Source: Mantamonas sphyraenae STR306
Taxonomy: Eukaryota > Protista > CRuMs
Assembly (NCBI GenBank): GCA_026936335.1
Contig: JAPMXV010000006.1
Span: forward strand, 62,001-126,000
Direction of reading: 5' to 3'
Length of the DNA stretch: 64,000 nt
Part shown: piece after piece, positions 26,315-37,400 of the stretch
How the letters are laid out: every line of letters begins with the position of its first letter
Numbering within the stretch: position 1 is the stretch's first letter
Made by a program: the position numbers and the translations under genes
The notes under the pieces: generated by a model
Database searches by the model: none
What the model was told of the DNA's origin: nothing
What the model saw: the letters and a program-made list of their open reading frames with translations, nothing else

Positions 26315-28763
26315 TCAATCCCTCTTCCCCTTCTTTCCCCGCCTCCTCCTCACCACAGCCCCCCACGCCTGTGCGCCAAACACACGCACGGCAAACAACA
26401 CCAGCGCGACCATGCTCACCCACCCTGCACCCAGAAACACCCGGGCCCACGACACACGCTGCTCTGCGTCACACCGGATCACGCTGCGCAGATTCCTCCC
26501 TCCCTCGTGCACCAGCTCGTGCATCGCGTGGATGTCGTGCTGCAGTGACTTGAGGTAGTACAGTGTGTTGTTGAATCCGTGCAGCGACAGATGCAGACTC
26601 GCTTTCTGCAGCTTAAACTTAAACACATTCCATCGCTGCACGAACCGCACATGCTGCTCGTACTCAAACACCTCGTCGATCTCACGGTTGAACTTTACAA
26701 AATGCCCCAGCAAGCTGCCCAGTTCCCCCAGCGTAGAGTTGACGTACGAATACAGCACATGCCGTGCTGCGGCATCCCGCTGCGAAAACGACAGCTTCCG
26801 TGACGTCGAAAACGGCCCAAATGGCGTCAGACCCTGGCTCCACAGGTAGTTATACGCGCTGCGGTTGCTCGCCGCGTTCCACGTCTCGTGCGTAGGCAGC
26901 ACGCCCCATGCACTCTGCAGGATGCTAGCCAGCACACTTCGTGTCGCGTCCCGTGTGTCAAACGCCATGCCTCGCCCGTTGCACACATAGTCGATCATTG
27001 TCCGCCCGCTCTGCGTCTGCACAGCCACCACCATGTTCTCAAACGCCCGTGCCTGGTGGAAGCGGTCCAGCAGCAGGATGTCATCCGTCTTGAGGTTGAA
27101 CAGATACACAGGCAACACACGCACGCCCGAGCCTACATCTGCTCGCTCCTCCTCTGCGTCCTCGAAAAACAGCTCTTGCAGCTGAGTCAGCCAGTGCTCC
27201 GCGGCCACGCTGTCGATGTACTGGTGCACCTGCGTGCGCAACTCGTTGATAAACACCGTACTTGTGTGGCTCTTCAGAGCATGTGCCAGCGCCTGTACAC
27301 ACATCCGGCACTCCCGGAACGACAGGTGCTGCTCCTCAAACTCGATCTCCTGTCCCGCAAGCATCAGCGGGCTCAGCTCTCGCTTGATTGCCTCAAAGTC
27401 AAATCGCTTACGCGCCAACGCAGCCATCTTGGTGTCCTGTGCGCTGTCCAGGTCGCTGATTTCCACCAGCTTAATTCGCAGCGTGTGTACGTCCTCGTTC
27501 ACTGCAATCGGAAAGTGGTCCAGCGCAGGCGTCACCAGATAGTTGCTTGCTGCAGACACAAACGTCACCATGTCTGCCACCAGCGACTTTGCACGCAGCA
27601 CCATACGCGGTCGCTCGCCCTTTTTCTTTGCCGACAGCGCCACGTAGTTCCGCACGTGCGGCACATTAAACTCCGTCACGATGCCTTCACCCACGGTCTG
27701 CGGCCCATAGTTCATCGGCCCTGCACTCAGGTCTGCCCACATGTACCGCTCCCGACCCGCCCACACCGTCGTTGCGCACTTGGACGGCGCCCCTGTCACC
27801 TCGTCCGTTACCATGTAGCTGTACGGCCGCGAACCTTCCGCTCCAGCGGGGCGTGCTGTGTTCAGGATGTACATTGTGTACGACAGCGGACTGCTCTGTT
27901 CAAAGTCCTCCCGAAGCACGGCGTCCATGGCCTCCACAGGCACCGAAAACCGCCTCTGCTTGCCCAGATACTCCTCCAGCACACGGTTCACCTTGTTGGT
28001 CAGCGTGCGCGGCGCATGTTTCACGCTGTACATGTATTTCATCTTGGTGCTCAGCCGGTGTTTCCACGGCAGCTGTGTGCTCACCCGCATGTCAGTGTTC
28101 GTCTCCCGTCTCGCCTGCCCCTCTTTGCAACCTGCCCCGGTGCACTCACATTGTCTCCCACGTCCTCCGCGCCATTCTTTACAAATGTCGTGTTCACCAG
28201 CCGCAGCGCCTTAAAGAAGCGCTCAAACCCGGCCTCAGGCAGTTTGATCTTCAGGTTTCCGTCGCCGTTGAACCCCACCAGCTTCACGTCCACAAAAGTC
28301 ACCACCTCAAAGTTTTGCAGACTCAGCAGCTGTGCCACCGCACAAGTCAGTCCCAGCGCCATACACATTCGCAGCAAAACGCGTGCCGTGTGGTCCCCAT
28401 CGTTTGTGTCAGCCAAAAGAACTGCTGCTCCCCGCTCGTCCCTCTTCTCCCATCTCGCTGCCTCACCTTGCTCTTCAAGCTCGCCTGGGTGTCCTCCGAC
28501 CAGTAATCACGCAGCTGCGCCTCGGTCAGCGTCTCAAACGAGTCTTGTGTCGCCTCGGGGTCCTCTGAGTACCGGTACAGCTGCCGTTCCCGTTCAAAGT
28601 CCAGGTTCTGTGACGTCAACGAGTTGTGCTGATGGCCCGCCTCGCCCTGGCCGTGCTCCATGCTTCCAGGCGCATCTGCATACGGCCCACCTCCCGCAAC
28701 ACACACGCACAGCCATCCAGCCACCACAGCCATTGCCAACAAGCACCACACCTGTTGCCTCAT
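26315..28763 (-). CDS. Conserved uncharacterised secretory-pathway protein (signal peptide, C-terminal TM, basic tail), similar to the plant At3g28720/At4g16180-type family; exons 28763-28467, 28329-28150, 28072-26315
   Basis: Hydrophobic N-terminus, VDVKLVGFNGDG, WAGRERYMWADLSAGPMNYGP, VLPVYLF, TPFGPFS. Two phase-0 GT-AG introns with ctgac branch points. Confidence 0.75.
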
Positions 28764-28937
28764 CCTGTGTCTTCGAGCGTTGCCCCGCCCGGCGTGGCGC
28801 ACCTCTCCCGCTATGAATGCACACAATACATGCACCTCATGCACCCGACCCGTTTCTGATCTCAGAACCGTGCAGCCCTTCCAACGATGGTTCGGATCCT
28901 GTGGTGCTCCGTCGCCGGCAAAACAAACCTTCCAACC

Positions 28938-30234
28938 ATGGGCGGCGCCACAGACATCCACCTGGTCATCAAGAACCTAAAGGCAGAAACTTTTGAGCTG
29001 TCGCGCAGCCGGTCGTCCACTGTCCTTGAGCTGAAGGAGCACCTGCGCGACGCATACCCGGGAAACCCTGCAGTTGCGGCACAGCGTCTCATCTACCGCG
29101 GCCGTTTCCTCGAGGACACCGCCACCCTCGACGAGTCCTTTGCTGGCGTACGTTTTGCCTGTTGTGTTGTCCAATCATTGCCATCCCTGCCTTGCCCTGT
29201 GTCTGTCACCGTCCTCTGCCTCGTCACCGTCCACGGCGGAATCTGACGTCAGCAAACACAGCTGCCCTTGTTTCCGTTCTCACCACCTTTGCTCACCCTC
29301 GACGCCCACCCACCTTCCAACCCACACACACCCCTCTCCCGATCACCGTTCTGTTCATCCCCCTTTTCTCCAGTCTGATCCCACTTCCAGCATCACCGTC
29401 CACATGGTCCTTCGTGCCGAGGCTTCGGGCTCCTCCTCCTCCCCTTCCACCGCCTCTTCCACCTCCTCCCAATCTTCTACAAGCCCATCCGCGCCCCACA
29501 CCCAGCCCCAACAGGCCCAGGTCCAACCTCAATCCCATGTGAATATCAACCAGCCGCACGCTTTGCCCAACACCGCCATGCCTCAAAGCCAACAGGCCGC
29601 AGTCGACTTTTTCAACAGCATGACGCCTATCCAGCAGATGCAGTACATGCAAATGCTTGCACAGCAGCAGGCCCTCCAGATGATGCAGCACATGCCGCAC
29701 CCGGCCAACCAGCACGCGTTTGCGAACCACAACCTACAACAAGCACAGCCGCCGCCACAACAGCCACCAAACCAACAGCAACAACAGCAACAACAACAAC
29801 AGCCACAACAAGAAGACCAGCAGCAGCAACAGCAGCAGCCTCCACGCCAGGCCAACTACTGGAGCGGCTGGTTCAAGGCATTGCTCAAGTTTATTGTCCT
29901 GGTGATGATCTTTGGCCAAAACGGGGACATGTACCAATGGCTGTACATGGGCTTGGCTGCCCTCGCTGTGTATCTCATCACCACACGATCTGTGCCCCTC
30001 TTCTCCGGCCGTCTCTGGGTCCATCCGCACGCACAGGGCAACGGCTTCTTCCCCATCCCGGAAGCCATGCCCAACCAACCAGACTACGACCTCGACGCCG
30101 CCCAACACGCCGCCCAGCAGGCTCTACAAGGCGGCCTCTTCTGGGAGCTCCGCGTACTCCTCGTCTCCCTCCTCAGTTCGCTCTTCCCCACATGGAGGCC
30201 CCTCCAGAGGGCGCCTCGCGAACACGCGGAATGA
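28938..30234 (+). CDS. HERP/HERPUD-like ubiquitin-like-domain ER membrane protein; exons 28938-29147 and 29374-30234
   Basis: UBL: TVLELKEHLRDAYPGNP..QRLIYRGRFLED|...TVHMV; Q-rich linker; hydrophobic LLKFIVLVMIF segment; C-terminal LLSSLFP. Intron gtacgt...cag. Confidence 0.75.
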
Positions 30235-30290
30235 ACACACATGCGTTTTCATTACCCGAGGCCTGTGTTGTTGGCCCCGATCTCATTCGC

Positions 30291-30908
30291 TCACACCTCG
30301 GGAGGCACGTAGCCGCCGCTTGTGCTCGCCAGCGGGGTCCCGCCACTTCCACTCGCTGCTCCACCTCCTTGCTTGGCCTCGCCACCGCTCAGTCGGTACA
30401 AAATGGTCACAATGTGCATGCTCTTCGGGTTGCGTCGTTTCCACGGCCACCGCCACTCCGCCGTCATGCTCACTTTCAGATTGGCGCGATGGAACGCAGG
30501 CGACTCGTTTGTCTCGGTCAGCACAGCCTCACACATCGACGGCCAGCTCAACACCAGGTTGCGACTGTACAGAAGCGTCCACACGTACAGTAGCACGGCC
30601 ACCAACAGCATCAGCATGGCCGTCGTGAACGCCGAATTGCGCGCACTCTCTTCCTGGGCCGCCGCACCGACAATCAGCGGCACGCAGAAGCCAACCACAA
30701 ACACAAACGCAGATGCAAACTTGGTGCTGTTCAGCCACCCCGGCACAGACTTGCGTACCACCTCGTCACACTGTTCCAGCGGGAAATTCAGATCCCGAAT
30801 CGACACCCCGACGCTGTCCAGCTCTCCTGGCACGTACGTCCACTTTTCAAACTGTGACGTGCCCAGTTTCCGACTCTCGTACTCCAGTTGCTGCTGCCAT
30901 TGCATCAT
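30291..30908 (-). CDS. Erf4/CHIC-like two-TM protein, paralogue D (intronless)
   Basis: LGTSQFEKWTYVPGELD...DLNFPLEQC...two TMs...W..CE.V....NESPAF aligns by eye to paralogue C. Start taken at MMQW (30908). Confidence 0.7.
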   Translation of the reverse strand: MMQWQQQLEYESRKLGTSQFEKWTYVPGELDSVGVSIRDLNFPLEQCDEVVRKSVPGWLNSTKFASAFVFVVGFCVPLIVGAAAQEESARNSAFTTAMLMLLVAVLLYVWTLLYSRNLVLSWPSMCEAVLTETNESPAFHRANLKVSMTAEWRWPWKRRNPKSMHIVTILYRLSGGEAKQGGGAASGSGGTPLASTSGGYVPPEV

Positions 30909-31389
30909 CGTCGTTGTGTTGATTGCGCAATCGCTCATACTATTGGCGCTCTGGCTCGGCCAACAAACGGACCATCCCTCTGCCTCTCCTTCCCCGAGGC
31001 CCATGTCTGCCAACTCATCGGGCGTCCACCCGCCCTCCTCCCCAGCAGCCAGCCCGTTCCAACCCATTGCTCCAAGTCCCGCTGCTGGTCCCTTGGCCTC
31101 CCAGGGTCAGCCGCAAGCACACACTTCGCTTTCCAGAGGCCGAACACAAAGCAACGCCACCGTCTCAAACTTCAACTACATGTTTCCGGGCCTCTCTGCC
31201 ATGGTAACTTCCCGTAGCCACTGCCTCCTTCCTCCCCTCTCCCACTCCCATCGCTGGTTCTGTCCTCTCCTCCCCTGGGTGTGTGTCCGTTGCTTCGTTG
31301 GCTCACACTCAACCGTCACCCCACCCTCCCCCACCGCTCACCCATGACCCACCCCCCTTGTTCAGCCTGGAACTGTAGTTGGTGTGCCC

Positions 31390-33084
31390 ATGGCCAATCC
31401 AACAAAGACTGGAGGTGTGCAGCCGGGCGTGCGCAAGATCTTTACTCGTCCGCCCGCCGATGCGTTCGCCTCGGGAAACGCACACACACGCAACCGCCGC
31501 TCCTCCGTCCTCGTCAACCCCCTCAAGCCCAAGATCACACACACAGAAGCCATCAAACGTAACAAGGCCTTTGACTTTTCCGAAATCGTCGACATCGACC
31601 ACGACGAGGCCCTGGACGACTACGTGAGCGAGGAGCTAATCGGGCGCCTCCTCGACTCCAGCGTCTTTCGCATCAGCATCCTCATTGTCATTCTACTCAA
31701 CTCGGTGCTCATTGGCATGCAAACGGACAAGACGCTGGAGAAACAGTTCTCCGGCATCTTCTCCGCCACAGACAAGGTCTTCCTCACCATCTTTGTCATT
31801 GAAATCCTCCTCAAGTTCCAGGGTCTTGGCTTCCGTGCCTACTGGACCGGTTGGAACACGTTTGACCTCATCATTGTGCTCTCCTCCGTGGCCGGTCCCT
31901 CCATCACCTTTGTGAGCAGCGGGCGCGTGCTGCGCATCCTGCGCGTGTTGCGAGCCTTTCGCACCCTCCGCTCCATCTCGGCCCTCAACGGTCTGCAGGT
32001 AGTCGTGCACACAGTACTCAAGTCTGTGCCCGACATGGTCAACATCATCCTCCTGCTCCTCATCATCATGTTTATCTTTGCGGTGATCGGCGTCACCATC
32101 TTTGGTCAGGCCATGCCCGACCAGTTTGGCGACATGGGACGCAACATGTTCACTCTCTTTATTCTGCTCACCCAGGACGGCTGGGCAGACATTTTCATTA
32201 TTGTCCAGGAGCGTGGCTTCTTTGAGAGCGGCGCCGTGTACTTTGCCTTGTTTATTGCCATCGGCGCGTTTGTGTTTGTCAACATCATTGTTGGTGTGAC
32301 GGTGACCAATCTGCAGAGTGCCTACGATGCCATCAACCGTAGCACGCTGAACAAGCACCGCAGTCTCAAGCAGAGCAAAAAGAACAGCGAAAAGAGTGCA
32401 GTGCGCGCCACGCGAGACACATCCAACGTGCCACTGCGTGTGTGGCACAAGCAGTCGCCATTCATGCTTCCTCGATTTGACAAAATCACGCCCAGCCAGG
32501 TGGAAAACTACCTGTTGGTGTTGTCTGCCGTCGAGGACAACCTGTACGAGTACAAGAAGCTCAAGACCCGCCTGGCCACCATCATCCGGGATGTCAAGCG
32601 CATCAACGAAGACTACAACCTGGGAGACGAGAGCTCGGACGAGAGCTCGGACGATTCGAGCAACGAGAACAAGCGCGAGGTGGGCGATGTGCTGTCCCAG
32701 TTGATCAAGGCGTCGGAGGCGAGCAACACGCGTCGCAAGGTCACCGACAAGGTCATCCAAGAGGCAGCAGCCAAGCGAGCCACGCTCATGCAGCGCCAGG
32801 AGGAGCAACAGAGCAAATTGGAGCGTACACGGCAGTGGGCGTCCAAGAGCGACCTGTTGGAAGGCTCTGGGCTTGGCGGGAGCAGCAGTGGCTCCTCCTC
32901 CTCATCCTCCTCCTCGTCTTCCTCTTCTGCCCTGGTCACCGGACCAGTGGCCTCGCCGTCCACACGCGCCAAGCTGCTGCACTCCAGCACAGCCAATTCG
33001 CTGCTGTCCAGCAACCTGCGCCGGCGTCCAGGCAACAGCAACAAAGTGGGGGACGCGCAGATCGAAATGGCCAAATTGCGGTGA
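31390..33084 (+). CDS. CATSPER4: Single-domain 6TM voltage-gated cation channel, CatSper alpha subunit, CatSper4-like
   Basis: S4 RVLRILRVLRAFRTLRSI; pore TLFILLTQDGW (TQDGW is the CatSper4-type filter); S6 IGAFVFVNIIVGVTVTNL; C-terminal ENYLLVLSAVEDNLYEY. Confidence 0.8.
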   Translation: MANPTKTGGVQPGVRKIFTRPPADAFASGNAHTRNRRSSVLVNPLKPKITHTEAIKRNKAFDFSEIVDIDHDEALDDYVSEELIGRLLDSSVFRISILIVILLNSVLIGMQTDKTLEKQFSGIFSATDKVFLTIFVIEILLKFQGLGFRAYWTGWNTFDLIIVLSSVAGPSITFVSSGRVLRILRVLRAFRTLRSISALNGLQVVVHTVLKSVPDMVNIILLLLIIMFIFAVIGVTIFGQAMPDQFGDMGRNMFTLFILLTQDGWADIFIIVQERGFFESGAVYFALFIAIGAFVFVNIIVGVTVTNLQSAYDAINRSTLNKHRSLKQSKKNSEKSAVRATRDTSNVPLRVWHKQSPFMLPRFDKITPSQVENYLLVLSAVEDNLYEYKKLKTRLATIIRDVKRINEDYNLGDESSDESSDDSSNENKREVGDVLSQLIKASEASNTRRKVTDKVIQEAAAKRATLMQRQEEQQSKLERTRQWASKSDLLEGSGLGGSSSGSSSSSSSSSSSSALVTGPVASPSTRAKLLHSSTANSLLSSNLRRRPGNSNKVGDAQIEMAKLR

Positions 33085-33116
33085 TTCGTCAAACAAAAAC
33101 CCACTCACAACAGAGG

Positions 33117-34247
33117 ATGTCGACGTTGGGAGAGAGGTTGATCAACATTCCTGATGCGTTCAGCTGGTTGGATCTGACCAACCTCGTCTACTTTGGCATC
33201 TTCCTGTCGGCGCTGTTCATGTCACGGCTGTTCTTTGTCATCCCATTTGTGGTGTATTCGCGTCGACAGCGTGCACGCGTGGCAGCATCGCGCCGTGCAG
33301 ACCCACGCAACTCGTCAAACACAGCGGACGAAGATGGCAACGACGAGGGGGCGGACACAGAAGCAGTTGGCGGTGAGCTGCCGCCGTTGCGTGAAACGGC
33401 CGGCACGCTCTCGCACCCCCCACGCCTGGTGCGAGAAGATGTGGGTCTCGAGTATGTGACCCTGGCCAACTTTACGGACCATTTGGTGCGCAGGGACAAC
33501 AAATCGCTGGCCATTGCCTATGCGGGCTACCTGGTGGCAGTGGCCCGGATTCTGGCGGCCTCAATGTTTGCCGACTTTATCGACCCTGTGACGGCGCTGC
33601 TGCAGGCTCTGGTGTGGACCTTTGTGGGGATTTCGTGTTTGGTCATTGCACACTATGTCAACGACTACGGTCTGCTTCCGCGCATGTTTTCAAGCGCAGA
33701 AATCGTGCGACGGGAAAACGTGGCCGTTGGCTTGGTGGAAGCCGGCATGAGTGTGGCGACGGGCCAAGTCATTGCGGCAGCCCTGCAAGGCGATGCAGGA
33801 AACTATGTGGACGGGTTTGCCTCTGTGTTTGCATGGTTCCTCATCGGCCAGGCCATGCTGGTGCTGACCGTGTGGATTTACCAGCTGGCGACACGATACA
33901 ACGACCAGACGGAACTGGCCAAGGGCAACGCAGCCGCTGGGTTGAGTATGGCCTTGAACGTGGTGGCCATGGGCAAACTCGTCGCCGTGCCCATCGCCAA
34001 AAGCGATGAGCTGCTGCACTTTTTCCTCGTCTGGTCCATTGGCCTGCTCATCTACCTGTTTGTTCGCATCTTTACCGACAAGGCCCTTGTGCCTGGGCGC
34101 AGCATTGACGACGAGATCCTTCAGGATCAGAATTGGGGCTCAGCCTTTATCGACGGCGTCGTCCTTCTGTCCTTTGTGTTTGTCCTGGAAGCCATCCTGC
34201 CTTCGAACAAGGTTGTGCTCAGGTCGTGCTACAGCCCACTGTTTTGA
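33117..34247 (+). CDS. Multi-pass membrane protein with tandem DUF350 (YjfL/UPF0719-like) domains
   Basis: Repeated E-I...N-x-A-x-G signatures (EIVRRENVAVGLVEAG, ELAKGNAAAGL, EILQDQNWGSAFI) and multiple TM helices; intronless. Confidence 0.75.
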   Translation: MSTLGERLINIPDAFSWLDLTNLVYFGIFLSALFMSRLFFVIPFVVYSRRQRARVAASRRADPRNSSNTADEDGNDEGADTEAVGGELPPLRETAGTLSHPPRLVREDVGLEYVTLANFTDHLVRRDNKSLAIAYAGYLVAVARILAASMFADFIDPVTALLQALVWTFVGISCLVIAHYVNDYGLLPRMFSSAEIVRRENVAVGLVEAGMSVATGQVIAAALQGDAGNYVDGFASVFAWFLIGQAMLVLTVWIYQLATRYNDQTELAKGNAAAGLSMALNVVAMGKLVAVPIAKSDELLHFFLVWSIGLLIYLFVRIFTDKALVPGRSIDDEILQDQNWGSAFIDGVVLLSFVFVLEAILPSNKVVLRSCYSPLF

Positions 34248-34413
34248 GTGTGTTGACGAGGTTGGAGTTGGGCATTCCGGTTTTGGTGCGCAGCGCAAGA
34301 GGAACAAAGTGAACTTTGTCTGGTTTGTTGCTCTTTCATCACGGCACACACACACACACACACACATGATCGCAGGCACCACTGACACACAGCGCCGCTT
34401 CCTTTCTGCAGAC

Positions 34414-37400
34414 ATGTCTGACGAACTCGTGGACATCGTGCCACCGGGCGTGGAAGCCAGCGAAGACTGGACGCGTCCGTGGAGTCTGACGGAACTGCGC
34501 GAGACGACAAGCGAGGGCCGGTGGGGTCTAGTCAGCGACGCAGGAATGTTGAACTATCTGAAGCAGTATGCAGGCAACCTGATTGAGCGCACACAGGCCC
34601 TCGAGAACGAGGTGCACGGCCTGGTGGACGAGTGCGTCACTGTGGACACCAACGTCCACAACACCTTTAACAAGTTCCACATGCTGTCCAACACGCAGTT
34701 TATCGAAAACGTAGGTGGCGAGTCGTGGTTAGAGGGAGATGCATGGCATGTGGCAAGCATGCACAGCCTGCCCGCCAGCCGCCAGGGAGTGCCAGCCGCA
34801 ATTTCGACTTGTGCACGCAAAGCGAGACACACTCACGCACACACTCACTGCACACGCCACACACGGTCACGATCCAACCGGGGTATCACAGCGCGTGGAT
34901 GACCACCAGATTCCCAGCAAGAAGGAGGAGAAGGAGGAGGAGCAGCGAGAGCAGGAGGCCAAGGTGGGTTTTTGTAGAGGGACGAAGAGGGAAAGGCGAA
35001 TTCGGGCGACGCGCTCGTTGCTCCGTGCCACACAGCACAGGGCTGCCACGAGACCAAGTTGCAAACGTTCCCAAGAGTGACAATTCATGGAGAAGCGTTG
35101 AGGAGGCATGCACACGAGAGAAAAGATGATCTGCATGTGGCCAGGGGACTGACACAGTGGCGAAAATGGCATCGCAGGACGAGGAGACGGCGCTTGCGGC
35201 GGAGAATGTGGTGCCAAAGTACTCCAAGGCCATTCTACTGGGCATTGATGTGATGAAAAAGGCGACGGCAGGCGAAGAGCCTCTGCCTGGCGTGCTGGAT
35301 TCGGACCAGGGCGGACCGAGCACTGTGGGTGAAGAACAAGGGGACGAGGCAGGCAAGCAAAAGGTAGACGAGGGTGCGGACAAGGACTCTGTGGAGGAAC
35401 TGGAGCGTGTGGATCCGTACGCCCACCGTCCGCTGCCGTTTATCATCGGCACGCCCGAGTTCAACGAAGACGAATTCTGCGGCTTGTTTGTGGCCCCGGA
35501 GCTGGACGACGGCGAGGAGGACGACAGTGACGAAGAAGATGATGAGGATAGCGACGAAGACAGCGACGAAGACAGCGATGAGGACAGTGGTGAGGAGGAG
35601 GAGAGCGACGAGGGAAGCGTGGGCACACGAACCACGGGCGCCCCGCCGCCTGCGCCGCGCAACACGTTGATGGGAGGGAGCGACAGTGAAGAGGAAGAAG
35701 ACGAAGAGGACGAAGAGGACGAAGAGGCAGAGGAAGGAGATGAGGGTGCAAGCGCAGCGGACCGCAAGGACGCAAGGCCGCCAATGACGCTGCAGGAACA
35801 GCTTGCGGCGCAGCTGGCAGCAGGCAGGCCGGACATGGCGGCAGCAGCACACAAGGATGACGAGAGTGACGAGGGTTGGTCGGACGACGATGAAAGCAAG
35901 AACGCAACGGCAGCGGCGGCGGCAGCAGCACCTGTGCAGGAGGCGGAGGCAGCGCCGGTGGCAGCGGCCGAGGATGCAGCGGACGAGTTGCCTCGCAGCA
36001 AGAGCAAGAAAGGCAAGAAGAAGGGCAAAAAGGGAAAGAAGGGCAAAAAGGGAAAGAAGGGCAAGAAGGGCAAAGACGCAGACGCAGACGCAGCGCAGGC
36101 AGCAGCACCTGCAGCTGTACCCGAGGACGAGGACGAGGGAGGGCTGTTTGGAGCAGGTGGCGACGAGGAGGACGAGAGCCCGTTCCGCAGCAAGAGCGTG
36201 TTTTCGACGACGACCAAGACAAAGGACGTGGACGAGGAGTCGCTTGCCTCGTCGCTCTTGGGCGACGACGACGAAGATGACTTTTTGTTTGGCGGTACGA
36301 GCAAGCGCAGCAGCGGGCTGGCAGGTGGCCGATCTGCGTCCAAGGCTGGTACCAAGTCCATCTGGGATGCGGACAGCGACTCGGACGATGACCTGATGTT
36401 TGGCGGAGGGCGACGAAAGGCATCTGAGAAGCAGGCCGAACCCGAGGCCGAACCCGAGGATGAGCCAGAAGCCGAACCAGAGGCGGAGGAGGAGGAACAG
36501 GCGGTGCAGCAGCAGGCGAAAAAGAAGGGAGCGAGCACGGGTGGTCCGCAGATTGCGACGTCGATTGCAGCGGAGGCGGCCAACAAGCGCAAAAAGACGA
36601 CCAACAGCCTGTTCGGAGGTCTGGATAGCGATAGCGACGACGACGGAGCTGGCGGACTGTTTGGCAACTCGCGCGGGAGCAAGACGACCAAGCGATCGGG
36701 CGGAGGGTTGTTTGGCGACAGCGACGATGAAGAAGAGACGACAAGCAGTGGCAAGGGTGCAACGGGTGCAGCTGCACGCAGCAAGTCGCTGTTTGGAGCA
36801 GCATCGGACGGTGAAGAGGAGAAAGAGACGGAGTCGGCGACGGCGGCTGCTCAAGAAAGCAGCAAGCAGCCTGTGGCCAAGACGGACCGCAGCACATCGC
36901 TGTTTGGTGGCGAGGACGGCGAGGACGAACAGGCTGCGGCGGCGGCTGTGGCAGCGACGGAAGGTGGCAAGAAGAACCGTGCGACGCTGGGAAGCAAGGC
37001 GAAGCCCGACCGTAGCGCATCGCTGTTTGGTGGAAGCGACGACGAGGACACTGGATCTCCGCTGGGTGGGGGAAGTAGTCTGCTGGCAGGCGGCGGCGGC
37101 AAGGCATCGAAAAAGGCGGGTGCAAAGAAGAAGGGCAGCAAGAAGAAGGGCGGCAAGAAGAAGAACAAGGGAGGCAGCATGCTGTTTGGTGGCAGCGACG
37201 ACGAGGAGGAAGGAGGGCCACTGGGCGGCGGTGAGGTGAAGAAGGCAGGCAAGAAGGCGTCGAGTGCCCTGTTTGGCGGCAGCGATGACGAAGAGGGTCC
37301 ACTGAGTGGTGGGAACGTCAAGAAGGCAGGCAAGAAGGCGTCGAGTGCCTTGTTCGGCGGCAGCGATGACGAAGAGGAGGGTCCGCTGGGTGGCAGCGAG

